Positions 13,698-27,071 of a stretch of 64,000 bases of DNA are shown piece after piece. The notes beneath the pieces are model-generated. The model had not been told where the DNA came from, ran no database searches, and saw only the letters and a program-made list of their open reading frames with translations. Source of the DNA: Octopus sinensis (lineage: Eukaryota). The stretch covers positions 131,502,001-131,566,000 of the forward strand of contig NC_043000.1 in NCBI RefSeq assembly GCF_006345805.1. Direction: 5' to 3'. The translations under genes were made by a program, and so were the position numbers. The first letter of the stretch is position 1, and each line of letters begins with the position of its first letter.

Positions 13698-14077
13698 ATT
13701 ATATAAAAGGGCTTAGTAAAATAAATTACTTTGCCGCATACTGAACTCATTAGAAATAGTAGCTAAAAAAACTTTTTTTAAACTATTTCTAATACTTAAA
13801 GAAAACCTCTCTCATATAGTGTTTGCTCAATTCAACTCACGAAAGTATGGGGGTAAAGACATTAAAAAATCAAATGCAAAGGTTATTAATAACCTTTGCA
13901 TTTGATTTTTTAATGTCTTTACCCCCATACTTTCGTGAGTTGAATTGAGCAAACACTATATGAGAGAGGTTTTCTTTAAGTATTAGAAATAGTTTAAAAA
14001 AAGTTTTTTTAGCTACTATTTCTAATGAGTTCAGTATGCGGCAAAGTAATTTATTTTACTAAGCCCTTTTATATAAT
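13698..14077. repeat. Spacer-less palindrome, about 190-bp arms
   Basis: Centre ggttatt|aataacc at 13887/13888; arms match out to attatataaaagg / ccttttatataat. Confidence 0.95.
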
Positions 14078-14214
14078 ATATATATATATATATATAATAT
14101 ATATATATATTGTGTATCATACATATGTACGCACACATACATCATTTGAATAAATGTACAAACGTTGATATATATACCTACATCTATATTTATATCTATC
14201 TATCTATAACTATG

Positions 14215-14252
<38 letters not shown>

Positions 14253-14639
14253 CATAATATATTAACGCACCTCTGTCTAGATAGTTGGATAAAGAGAGTT
14301 GTGTACTTTTGCTGCGTAGACAGCGATCTATACTTATATAAACTCGTTGGTGCGTAGGTTTCGATCGATAGGTAATTACGTAGCCAACACTGACTGAGGT
14401 GCAGCTGTAGAAGCAGGTAAAAGATTGCAGAAATCACATGTTTGAGTGTGTGGAGATTATTAGTGTTTGGCAACTGGCGCTCTCATATTTCGTATTAGTG
14501 GTTGTGTGGGAGGAAAGCTGGTTGTAACGGAAATGAGAATTGTGATACTACGTATTGGATATGTGAATTCAATATATAGAAATAACTAAACAAATTATGA
14601 TTATACTGATGATGAAGATGGTGATGATGATCCTTTGTC

Positions 14640-14883
14640 TTTTTTGTTTGTTTTTTTTAACTTGTTTCAGTCATTTGACTGCGGCCATGCTGGGGTACCG
14701 CCTTGAAGAATTTTTAGATCACAGAATCGACCCTAATACTTACTTTTTCTTTTTTAAACACCGTTACTTATTCTATCGATCTCTTATGTCGAACTGCTAA
14801 GTTTCAAAGATGTGAACACACCAACACCGGATGTCAAACGTTGATCACACACACACACACACACACCACACACACACACACAT

Positions 14884-14953
<70 letters not shown>

Positions 14954-14957
14954 ATAT

Positions 14958-14995
<38 letters not shown>

Positions 14996-15155
14996 GGACG
15001 GGCTTCTTACAGTTCCTGTCTATCAAATCCACTCATAAGGCTTTGGCCAGTTCGTGGCTATAAAAAAAGATACTTGCCCAAGGTTCTACGCGGTGGAACT
15101 AAACCTGGAAGCATGTGGCTGCGAAGCAAGCGTCTTACCACACAGCCACGCCTAT
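14640..15155 (-). mobile_element. SINE family B with expanded (CA)n(TA)n centre
   Basis: Tail, centre and head all recognisable. Confidence 0.85.
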
Positions 15156-15159
15156 GCCT

Positions 15160-15365
15160 GAATAGGAATAGTGGAGGAGCATCATCGCTATGTGTTGTGA
15201 GGAATTTGGGGTGGGGTAGAACAATTCATCCCTGGAAACACAGGAGTTTCGTTCATCATCCTTAAGTAACCATAATTCAGGGATCTTTTGAGTGGGATGG
15301 GCTGAAGGAAGTGCTAATTGAACCCCACCTGCAAGATCATTTGCTGTTTATCTTGATATGTGGAT
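15160..15365 (+). repeat. Diverged internal fragment of the 20630-21186 element
   Basis: Shares ggagcatcat…tgtgttg, ccacctgcaag and gctgtttatcttgatatg with 20850-21045. Confidence 0.75.
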
Positions 15366-15401
15366 GATGATAATGATAATAATAATAATAATAATAATAA
15401 C

Positions 15402-15453
<52 letters not shown>

Positions 15454-15471
15454 TAATAATAATAATAATAA

Positions 15472-16055
15472 TCCTTTCTACTGGAAGCACAAGGCCTCAA
15501 ATTTGGGGGAAGGGATTAAGTCGATTACATCGACCCTAGTGCAAAACTGGTGTACTTACTTAATCGACCTCGAGGGGATGAAAGGCAAAGTCGACCCCAG
15601 CGGAATTTGAACTCAGAAAGTTGCGGCAGACGAAATACCTGTTTCTTTATTACCCACAAGGGGCTAAACATAGAGGGGACAAACAAGGACAGACAAACGG
15701 ATTAAGTCGATTACATCGACCACAGTGTGTAACTTGTACTTAATTTTTCGACCCCGAAAGGATGAAAGGCAAAGTCAACCTCGGCGGAATTTGAACTCAG
15801 AACGTAACGGCAGACGAAATACCTATTTCTTTACTACCCACAAAGGACTAAATACAGAGGGGACAAACAAGGACAGACAAACGGATTAAGTCGGTTATAT
15901 CGACCCCAGTGCGTCATTGGTACTTATTTAATCGATCCCGAAAGGATGAAAGGCAAAGTCGACCTCGGCGAAATTTGAACTCAGAACGTAGCAGCAGACG
16001 AAATACCGATAAGCATTTCACCCGGCGTGCTAACAATTTTACTAGCTCGGCAACT
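15472..16055 (-). mobile_element. Head-to-tail array of three SINE family A units
   Basis: Body repeats joined at gaaatacct|(a/g)tttc (15631-15645 and 15816-15830); only the last unit keeps the tRNA-like head. Confidence 0.9.
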
Positions 16056-16104
16056 AAATAATAACAATAATGATGATAACTACAACAACAACAACAACAA
16101 CAAC

Positions 16105-16171
<67 letters not shown>

Positions 16172-16175
16172 GATC

Positions 16176-16278
<103 letters not shown>

Positions 16279-16309
16279 TATAAGAAAGCCTATGATATGA
16301 GCTGACACT

Positions 16310-17926
16310 CATGGATAGGTGAATGCTTGCGTATATTCAGTGTTGCAGACAACATAACAGAATTAATTAACTTTAGAATGATGAAATAGAAAGTAGATTT
16401 CTACTCACGTGATACAGCATTAGGGAAAGTTAACGTCAAGAAAGGAATTTTCCAAAGAGACTCATTATCCCCTTTCATATTTGTCATATGTTTAATCCCG
16501 TCAGTTTGGTATTAAAGAAGGCAAAGGCAGGGTGTCAGTTCTGAAATAGCAAAGGAAAGGTTAACCATTTGCTCTACATGGATGATCTGAAGTTTGTTAG
16601 TAAGAATGAAAAAGAGATAGATTCCTTTATAGAAACTGTAAGACTCTTCAGCAAAGATATAGGCACGTCTTCACCAAACACCTCAATGATGTTAGGAGCT
16701 GTCTGGGATGCATTGGTTCCACGACAGAACTCATATTCATGAACAACACGAATTTTTGATCTATCAATGGGTTCACAAAATTGATCTGCAAGAGAAAACT
16801 CACAATATAATCAGACACCATGAATTGCATTTCGAAAATTGATGATGTAACTCTTCAATGTTGTAAAACAAAGAATTGTCAAGATAAAACATTAGAGTTA
16901 ATGACTGTGAAAAATTGGTGCATAAGAAAATTGGACATTAAATTCTTAATGAACTGATATTACCTAGAAAGGAAGGTGGAAAAGAGTTAATATTAGTAGA
17001 AGACTGTGTGGAGTTAGCTAGAGTAGATATAGACTCCTATGTAGGTAATAGTGAAGAAAGTTTATTAAGAGCCACTTGAGTCACAGCAAGACATAGGGAA
17101 GCCAAAAAGCCAAACGAAGTTAAAAACCAGAAAACAAAGAACAAAAGTTATCTGACTGGCAGGGGAAAGCTTTGCATGGTAGATTCCCTAAGACAGTTTC
17201 AGCAAATAGTAGTAGTGAGATATGGTTATGGTCTCAGAAAGAAAGGCTGAAAAGGTAGACAGAAAGTTTATTAGTAACAGCACAAGATCAAGCATTAAGG
17301 ACTAATTGGATAACATCCAATATAGATTCCAATGTAGGACGTGCAAATAAAAACAGGGAAGTGTAGCATGCGAGCATAGAAAGAATACAAGAAAAGACAT
17401 GACATCCTAGGGAGAGTAATCCACTGGGAGTTATATAGAAAGCTGGGATTTGACCATACAGATAAATGGTATGGACATGGACCTAGTAAAGTTCTAGAAA
17501 GTGAGAAATATTAGATGTTATGGAACTTTAGCATTCAGAGTAATAGAGTAATAGAAGCTAGACGGCATGATTTAGTAGTAGTAGATAAAGAGAAGAGAAA
17601 CTGCCAAAATGATGAAAAAAATCAATACGAAAGGCATAGAAAAAAGTTGCAAAATACCAAAACCTAGCCATTGAATTGGAGACTATGGAAAGTACGGGTA
17701 AAATGTTTCCCAGTAGTTATAGGTGCATTAGGAACTATCCTTAAAGACCTGACCAGATGAATAAAGGAAATAAGCATAAAACCCAATTTAGTAAAATCCC
17801 AGAAAACCGTTCCAGAAATCCTCCTAAGCTTCTACACTTAGGAGGATTCTTGGCATCTAAGGTTATTTGTTGTAGCCCGATAATGGGAATTTTCCTTTTC
17901 CAACAGTCTAATCTGTTGTGTGTATA

Positions 17927-17928
<2 letters not shown>
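16310..17928 (+). mobile_element. R4/Dong-type RLE LINE, 5'-truncated and decayed, ending in (AAT)n
   Basis: KKGIFQRDSLSPFIF and HLLYMDDLK RT motifs; AQDQALRTNW; HDILGRVIHW; VIGALGTI; many stops and frameshifts. Confidence 0.88.
16655..16960 (-). mobile_element. Mariner 5' fragment inside the LINE
   Basis: Minus-strand frame DRSKIRVVHEYEFCRGTNASQTAPNIIEVFGEDV resembles a mariner transposase N-terminus; replaces LINE sequence between SKDIG and LPRKEGG. Confidence 0.7.
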
Positions 17929-18009
<81 letters not shown>

Positions 18010-18023
18010 TAATAATAATAATA

Positions 18024-19732
18024 ATGATTTAAAGCTATATGGCAAAAATGATGAAGAGCTTGAAGGATTATTACATACTGTGAAACGATTCAGTGATGAT
18101 ATCGGGATGGAGTTTGGCCTTGAAAAGTGTGCCAAAGCCACTTTTAAAAAGGGAAATTGGTAAAGTCTAGTTCAATCGAATTAGATGTCAAAACAGTAAT
18201 AAAGGAACTTGAGCAGAAAAAACCTATAAATACCTAGGAATAAATGAAGGCTCTGGTATCCAGCATGCAAGCATGAAAGAGAAGGTTAAGAAGGAATGTT
18301 ATAGAAGAGTTCGAGCAGTCCTGAAGTCTGAGCTGAATGCATATAATAAGGTGTTAGCCATAAATTCCATAGCAGTATCAGTTGTTCTTTATAGCTTCAA
18401 TGTGCTTAACTGGAATACCAGTGAAATAATGAAAATTGACAGAAAAATCCGCAAGCCACTGACTTGTAATAAGATGCACCATCCAAAGGCAGATGTGGAT
18501 CGCCTTTACCTTCCCAGAGTACAGGGAGGTCGAGGTTTGATCCAGCTTGAACTTACATACAAAACCACCACAATCGGACTGGCCAAATACCTTGAAGCAA
18601 CCAACGATTGGATGCTAAAACTTGTTGAAAAACATGAAAGACTGAAAAGACTTCACTCTATTCTCAAAGAGAGCAAAATATTCGCTGCTAATCTCTTAGA
18701 TACCCACCAGATTGATCAGGTTGAAGGAAATGCGCCAAATGCAGCTGCAAAGAAAGTAAAATTAATTGCAAAGACAAAAGCACATGAAAATTTAGCTAGC
18801 AGATGGGAACAGAAACATGGCAAGTATGTGGCCCGTAGCAAACAAGCTGATGTCGACCAGAAACACACGCACCAATGGTTACGAAGCTCAGGGCTAAAAG
18901 CAGAGAGTGAAGGTTTCATATTAGCTGCTCAAGACCAAAGCTTATTAACCCGGAACTACCAAGCCAATGGGATAAAAATTGGAGCTGACCCAAAATGCCG
19001 ATTCTGTAACGATGAGATTGAAACAATAGACCACCTAATCTCAGGGTGTAGAGTCTTAGCACCTGCAGAATATAAAGCAAGACATAACAGAGTCGGCCAG
19101 TATTTACATTGGACAATATATCGGTATTATAAAATCAAAACCGCTGACAAATGGTATAAATACCATCCTGAAACTGTGACTGGGGGAGAAAATGTGTCGA
19201 TTCTATGGGACTTCCCCGTACAGACCGACAAGACTATAAAAGCTAATATACCGGATATTATTATAAAAGATCAGACAAAAAAGATGTGTTTATTAATTGA
19301 CATGAGTATCCCTTGCGATCACAATATAGCGGCGAAAGAATTTGACAAGATTAGTAAATATAAAGACCTGCTAATAGAAATTGAAAAAAATGTGGCATCT
19401 CAAGGCGACTATAGTACCAGTGATTGTAGGATCTCTAGGAATGATAAAAAAAAAAAGGTACTGAAACCTATTTGAAAATGATACTAGGCTTACCATCCCT
19501 ACAGGAAGTGGAAAAGATCGTATCAACTGGAACGACTCATGTACTGAGAAGAGCATTATCGCTGTGAAAACAACATCCATCCATGAATTTATTTATTAAT
19601 TTTTAAATACATATTTTATCTGTGAATTTGCGCGTGTAATCTGGGAATGCATACATTGATCTTCTCTGCCCTAGGTGTCTGGAAAACACTCGGCGAGAAA
19701 CGGAAGAAAATTTGAAGAAAGAAGGAAAAAAC

Positions 19733-19733
<1 letters not shown>
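18024..19733 (+). mobile_element. R4/Dong-type RLE LINE, 5'-truncated, flanked by (AAT)n on both sides
   Basis: Starts at DLKLYGKND (RT catalytic region); 3' UTR runs into (AAT)n at about 19734. Confidence 0.93.
18273..19475 (+). pseudogene. LINE ORF remnant: RT thumb, CCHC zinc knuckle and restriction-like endonuclease
   Basis: 400-aa ORF with CRFCNDEIETIDHLISGC, RHN, LWDF, PDIII…IDMSIP…KISKYKDL; frameshifts near 18155 and 19390. Confidence 0.9.
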
Positions 19734-19799
<66 letters not shown>

Positions 19800-19802
19800 G
19801 TA

Positions 19803-19838
<36 letters not shown>

Positions 19839-19865
19839 ATGATGATGATGATGATGATGATGATG

Positions 19866-19916
<51 letters not shown>

Positions 19917-19930
19917 TAATATAATAATAA

Positions 19931-20431
<501 letters not shown>

Positions 20432-20554
20432 GTAATAATAATTATAATAATGATGATGATGATGATAATAATATAATAATATAATAATAATAATAATAAT
20501 AATAAATAATAATAATAATAAATAATAATAATTATAATAATGATGATGATGATG

Positions 20555-20629
<75 letters not shown>

Positions 20630-20631
<2 letters not shown>

Positions 20632-21186
20632 GCCCTGATGCAGTACCAGGCAGTGGCTCTCATGGCTTCTGATCTTAACTGATTGGAAGTGTTATCATGT
20701 ACATTGTTTTGTCTTGGTATAAAAGATGGGCTACAGCAAATATTCTGCTCAATACCACAGATTTGCTTGTCAGTTGTTTGACCTTAACCAGTTGAGCATG
20801 TCCCTTAGTGGCTGACGATATGTGCATCTCTGATCACGAGCAGAAGTAGTGGGGGAGCATCATAGCCATGTGTTGAGAGGGATTCTTTGGGGTTTGAATA
20901 GTTCACCTCTGGAAACATGGGTGGTTCTTTCAACATCCTTAAGCAACCCTTATTCAGGGACCGTTTGAGCGGGATGGGCTACTCAACCTGAAGAAAATTC
21001 TAACTGGGCCCCACCTGCAAGGTCATGTGCTGTTTATCTTGATATGAGATCACCATGTCGCGCACATATGGTTGTGATGCATGTGCCTGGTGTACCTTTA
21101 TCAGACGGGTAGTCATGATGGGTATATTGGGCTTCGTATATTTTACCCCAGTGTCACTTTGATGGCATGAACTGCTCTCTCACTCA
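20630..21186. mobile_element. Non-coding 557-bp interspersed element flanked by (AAT)n
   Basis: AAT arrays on both sides; second diverged copy at 15160; no ORF, no TIR, no A/B boxes seen. Confidence 0.6.
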
Positions 21187-21962
21187 ATAATAATAATAAT
21201 AATAATGGTTTCAAAAATGACTTATGATATTTCTTTCTCCTCTTTACATTCTGTGTTCAAATCCCGTCGTGGCCAACCCTGCCTTTCATCGCTTCGGGAT
21301 CGTTAATATATATAAAATACAATGATATCGATTTACACTGCAACACTTGAAATTTCCGACCTTGTGCCCAGTAACATTATTGCTAGGTCCTTTTACGTTG
21401 ACTTTCATCTTTAAAGTATCAACTAAATAAAGTACCAGCGAAGTACCATGACTAATTCCACCATCAACACCTCTTTCCATCCATACATTGTGGTTTCTTA
21501 ACGAAGCTACAAATCGAAATCAAGGTCATCGTTATTAAACTGCTTTGTAGCCTGCTGAATGGCTTTATTAATTCTCAATCACTTACATGCACAAAAACGA
21601 AACCCATCTCTTTTTAATCTGTACATAATTTTTTTTCTCTCTTCTCGCATTACGTTCAAAAAGTTAATCACTTCCTCTTTCCTCATTCGAAATGTGAGAT
21701 TTCATAACTTCTCAGGAATGATGGGCTTGTCTTTCGTTTGGATCCGTTCTTTTTTCTCGTTTGTTCCCATATCCTCCTTATTGCTGCAAGCTGAAGAGGT
21801 GATGCAACTTGGTGCGATCGGTTTAAGGTGCTAAAGGTGTTAGCAGCTGAAGCTGTGGAGGACATGAACTTTTTGCTATCTTTGGAGATGTAATCGGTGA
21901 TGTTATGGAAATAAAAATTTCTAGATCCTGCAATTGTTGCTGCCTCTGCTTTACTCAGCCCC

Positions 21963-22025
<63 letters not shown>

Positions 22026-22364
22026 TCTCTTTCCCTCTCTCATTTATCTGCTTTTCTCGCTCCTTAAGGTGGAATGCCATCTAGTAGTTTTTACTGCCAT
22101 GTGAATAACAGCCAGCCTTTCTGCTTCTGCACCACCAGTCTTATCGCTTTTCCAAAATATTCTTGTAATTTGTGGAAGTCATTAGAAATTGCATAACTAT
22201 ACATGCTGCTCCTAGCTACGTACAATTTCTAATCACTTTGGCGCTCACCACTGTCCCAACATTTGCTGCAGAGGCATTAACAGGTCAAAGATCAACGCCA
22301 TCGCTAATTTCTCTTGCTGTAATCCTATCCCAGCTTTACATCAGTGAAAGTCACGTTTACTAAC

Positions 22365-24345
22365 TTCTTGAAAATTTAACAAATTTCGACAGATCCATTC
22401 ATGGCTTGACTCTATAAACTTCTAATTAGCTTTCGCCTTACTGGGTTTGAGAATCCTAATTTCTCAAGATCGATTCTTAAGCAGTTTGTTATATATCCTC
22501 GCGTCCCAATAATTCTAGGTATAAACATAAATTTGTATTCCGGGTAGAGTTACTGTGAATTTCTCAATAGTTCAGCATAGGTGTTTTCTTTTTAGCTGCT
22601 GTTTAGCTTTATGCTGACATCCGTTGAACAACTGATTTCCACTACTGTACATATTTTCTCTTTTCTATCTTAAATCACTATGTTTACATTTTATTGAGGT
22701 TTTCATTTGTACATTCTACCAGATTACATTTGTACATTCCACCAGATTACATCTCATATCATGAGTGGCTAAAGCCTCTATCATACTATGGGATCTTATC
22801 ACTTTGGCCTCAAGCTTATCCTTCCGAAGGATCTCATTATACAGAATCCTGGCTTTAACTTCATGTCTCATCGATAGATAAAAGCATGACCACATTTTCG
22901 GACATCAGTTTACGATGTGGCTGATATTTTAGGTGTTATCTCCACAAAGTCTGCACCGGTCATCACATTTTGGCGGTTTTCCTCGCGTCTCTGTCCCTTT
23001 TCTGCATCAGAAACTTGGTTGCTATTTCCTGTTCCTGAATTGCAAACGCATACCATTCAAAATGAGAATTAGTGATCCAGTTGTTGGTCTATGAAAGACT
23101 GCTTGGATAATCAATGTTACTGCCATTCAGGAGCTTTCTGCTAACATATCCATGGAGGGCCTTTGGCTACTATGCACTCGTGCTTTCATCTGATGATATG
23201 TGCGGAAGAGTCGTGCAACTATTTGGGGTCTGTATTCAAGGTTATCAGACAAGGAATGCTGCTTGAAGAGCTGCTTTCCAAATCACATGATGTTATCTGC
23301 CTCATGTATGCAATCTTGGCCAAGGGATACATTTTGGCATTTGGTGATTAAAAGATGTTACTGAAGTGATATGATATTCAAAGGCAGTCTGGATCGATGT
23401 TACGCCTCTTCTTCCTTGTTTTCGTTTTCGCTGTTGATGTGAAAATCATTTGTGCTGGTCAGTGTCTTCCGGGTTTTCATATCAACAGCTCAGATCTCAT
23501 AAAACATCTAATCAAGTAGCCCAAATGTTGGTTTGACTACTAGTACGGCAAACACATTATGAGCCACTGTTTTATTGAATGCAGTATTCCGAGATTCATA
23601 ATTTTCCTTATCTGACCGTAATATTCTTTAATGACACATGTCTTGCTAAAGGTAGCATAATAAAATATGTTTTCATCTACCGCTAGGTACCTGTGACATT
23701 ATTAATCAGATATAGGGAAAACATTAAGTAATTGATAGAGGCGTTGCTAATCTGGTTTAGAGTTTTCCCCTCTTTCACAACTATGTAGCAACATTTATCA
23801 TGACCAAACTCCAACGCTATACCCTTTGAGAATGTTGTAACCAGGCCAATACCCTTTTTTATATCTCATGCATACTCTTGGCATACTGTTTTATGTTATC
23901 CACAGAGAAGCAATGTGTAATTTTGGTATTTCTGTCTCCTTGTGAACCAGTGAGATACCCTTCAGATTTCTTCAGCATGAATGTCAAATGTTTTATTGAA
24001 AGTGTGAACAGCATCACAGAGACGTTGTCCTCTTAGAATATACCTCTGCGATACTGTATATTATCTGTGATAATACTCCTTGTTTTTGACCTCAAGATAA
24101 GAAGCTTCAGGATGAAGTCAAATTACTTATGGCTTTGATTATGCTCTCTGGAAATTTAGCAAGTCGAAGGACTTCAAGCATCTACGAGTAGGGGAGAGGG
24201 ACAAAGACTTTCTTGTAATCCAACCACATAGAAATCAGACGCTTTCTATGCTACCGCTCTTCTGACATTACAGTTTGATTCATCAACAATTGCTCGGCAC
24301 AAGCCCAGACCCCTTTTTTCCTAGTTGCTTGTTCTGCTGTGATGG
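22365..24345 (-). mobile_element. R4-clade RLE LINE, decayed (distinct family)
   Basis: Minus strand: MWLDYKKVF, DKCCYIVVKRG, AIQEQEIATK, CRLCGDNT-NISHIVN-CPK knuckle, VEISCSTDV; many stops. Confidence 0.85.
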
Positions 24346-24919
24346 TATTATTTTTACAATAGTCTTAGAGAAAGAGGTTTAAACATGGGTGCATGTAAGT
24401 ATGTATGTATGTATGTATGTATGTATGTATGTATGTATGTATGTATGTATGTATGTATGTATGTACATGTGTGTGTGTGTGTGTGCATGATATGTCAAGA
24501 AATAACTATTGTTTCTTTCAAAAGAGACAAAGAGTTAATAGGACTGCAAAAAAGAAGTGCTCAAATAAATGAGGCAAGGATTATTAAACATTGGTCATAG
24601 AACAAACATTAAAATGGGTTAATGACTTTATATACGGTATCAAACCTCCAACATACGTCATATATAAATAAATATTACAATGGCTTTCATAATATATAAA
24701 TCAAAATATAAAAATATATAAGACATACAAATACAGAAGACCATCAAAGGTAAATAATATACATATATGCGAAAAAAAAAAACACGTATAAGAACGTTCC
24801 ATCAAAAAACGACTAAAAATTTATAAAATACTTAAAATGCTAAAAATATGTCATGCTGAAAAAGTTGGGAAAGCGGGTAAACAAATAAAGAATAAATCGA
24901 CTAAAAAGTTATTTTTACT

Positions 24920-25310
24920 TCACCCACACCAAAAGGTAATAATCCACAAGTAAAAATCGGCGCTTAATAGATTAAGGAAATTCCTGAAAGGTTTCCCAAA
25001 GGATTTCTTCAATCATAATATTGTTTTTGACGTCAACTCCAGAGTGGTAAATTTCTTGGATATTACTTTAAACTTGGATACAGGGTTGTACTATCCATTT
25101 CGGAAGCCTAATAAGTCCATCTTGTATATCAATACCTCCTCCAATCATCCAAAATCTATTATTGATATCATTGTCACGGCTATCTCGATAAGAATCTCCA
25201 ATCAGTCTGCGAATGAAGAGATTTTTGATCTACATGCGTCGGTGTATAACAATGCTCTTAAATTAAGCGGTTTTAAGAATAAGATATATTATATGCCAAC
25301 ACGAGTTTTA
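24920..25310 (+). mobile_element. Penelope-like element RT fragment
   Basis: VNFLDITLNL…YYPFRKPN…YINTSSNHPKSI…YNNALKLSGF, typical PLE RT thumb. Confidence 0.85.
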
Positions 25311-26206
25311 AAAATAAATTGGCTAGTCTACCACCTGACCATGTCGCGATTAACCGGGAGAATCGCAGTGCATTATCTGACTAGGCATATATATATAGGA
25401 ACCGATATCGGAATTCAGATAGTGGTACTGGGGAGATGGTAGAAACAAAGAGCTCGCGGTCTAGAATACGCGAGGTTTTATGGTTTAAGAAAACTTTATC
25501 TCCATGCGTGTTGAATGATCGATATTTAAATAAAACATCGACAATCCTCCTTGACTCGGCATGATGTTAGGCAGGCGAAATGAATTAAGTCTCTTTATGC
25601 CTCTCTCTATATATGCATAACTTGCCGCTATCGGCCCAACGGCAAGTTAGAAGCGTGTTGAACTGTGAACGAAGAAGCATGACTTCTTTCTCTTTAACTA
25701 TTTTGAAATATTGTGTACCTTGAATAACGGATTGATGTGGATGAATTAAGGTAAATATATTTTAAAGTAATGCATATTTTTTTCATAAAAATATGGAATA
25801 TACAGCTGAAGAATATAAGTATGTACTAAATTTAAATTCAATCAATTTTCTTAAAATTGATTTATTTAGTTTGTACATTAAACATGAAACTAGTCCTGTA
25901 TCAACCACGCTAACTTTAAAATAGACTTAATTCAGTTCTCCCGCCTTGCATCATTTCGTATCTTTGTCGATGTTTTATTTAAACATTAATCATTTAAGGC
26001 GCATGGAAATAAAGTTTTTTAACTGCTCTTCTCTCTCTCCATATATATATATATATATAAAAGTTCAAATAACGGTTTCAAACCTTATTAAGGGATAATA
26101 AAATCCAATGAATATACTGGTTTATTACCTATTACAAGAAGTGTTGAATATTACAATTAATATTTAACTGTAATGTAACTGAATAAACCGGGGTTTATAT
26201 ACATTT

Positions 26207-26548
26207 AAAAAAAAGAAAATAGAGAGATAATTAAATTAATAATTATTTATTAATTATAAAATTGGACATCATCTCTGACAGCTGTTTCGATTCAAGACTT
26301 TAGAATTAGCATTATTAAAAACATATTAATGCTGAATCTCATCGGAATTGGCTAAAGATATACCGTTACATTTTCATGAAAATGTAATGGTATATCTTTA
26401 GCCAACTCCGATGAGATTCAGCATTAATATGTTTTTAATAAAACTAATTAATTTCTAAAGTCTTGAATCGAAACAGCTGTCAGAGATGATGTCCAATTAT
26501 TAATTGCTAAATAATAATTTTTTTCATTATCTCTCTATTTTCTTTTTT
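26207..26548. repeat. Near-perfect palindrome, about 170-bp arms
   Basis: Centre ttttca|tgaaaa at 26376/26377; few mismatches and indels. Confidence 0.93.
26406..26483 (+). ncRNA. Type I hammerhead, U4C variant (mirror copy on the minus strand at 26275-26347)
   Basis: Core CCGATGA(26408-14); stem II GATTCA/TGAATC; GAAA(26470-73); palindromic CAGCTG; GUC cleavage after 26481; stem I only 2 bp. Confidence 0.7.
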
Positions 26549-26694
26549 TCTTTTTTTTATATATATATTAGTATAAGTCTTAATGACCGGGAGTAAAAGT
26601 ACTCGATACCTTCAAAATGTATAATGTGCTTTTGTGGCTGATACAGTTCTTCGAGCAAGATAATTTTTTTTCCTGTCTGGGGCACTGCCTGCAG

Positions 26695-26757
26695 GCCAAA
26701 GAAGCTCTTGAACAACAGGTTACTGGAGCAGAGAAAGAAGCCAAAAATATATATTAG
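26695..26757 (+). CDS. Weak candidate exon (AKEALEQQVTGAEKEAKNIY*)
   Basis: Acceptor tttttttcctg…ctgcag|; coiled-coil-like peptide; phase-compatible with the 7300 exon. Confidence 0.2.
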   Translation, partial: AKEALEQQVTGAEKEAKNIY

Positions 26758-27020
26758 TTTCAAACCAAAAAATATAGGCATTTTTTACTGCTTTATTCTA
26801 ATTCCGAAGTATTCAATGGTGTGTTATAAATCTATTTACTTCTGAGGAATAGAAAATGTAATTTTAGATGTTAATTCCTCTCGTTGGTTACTTTATTCTT
26901 ATTCTCATAATTCTTTAGATATGACATCACGTCTTTCGGTTTTAAGTTGCAATACTCCTATCTATGTCTTTATACAGTTCTCTCCTTTTCTCATCTCTAT
27001 CTCTCTCTTTCCCTCTCTCA

Positions 27021-27071
<51 letters not shown>

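Noticed and set aside
15472-16055. SINE A arrays as nested self-insertions
   Set aside because: Nested insertion would leave a TSD and the remainder of the older head after the last unit. Neither is present at 16055 or 54468.
20630-20720. HDV-like or hammerhead ribozyme at the ends of the 557-bp element
   Set aside because: I could not build the nested double pseudoknot or find a CUGANGA…GAAA core on either strand by eye.
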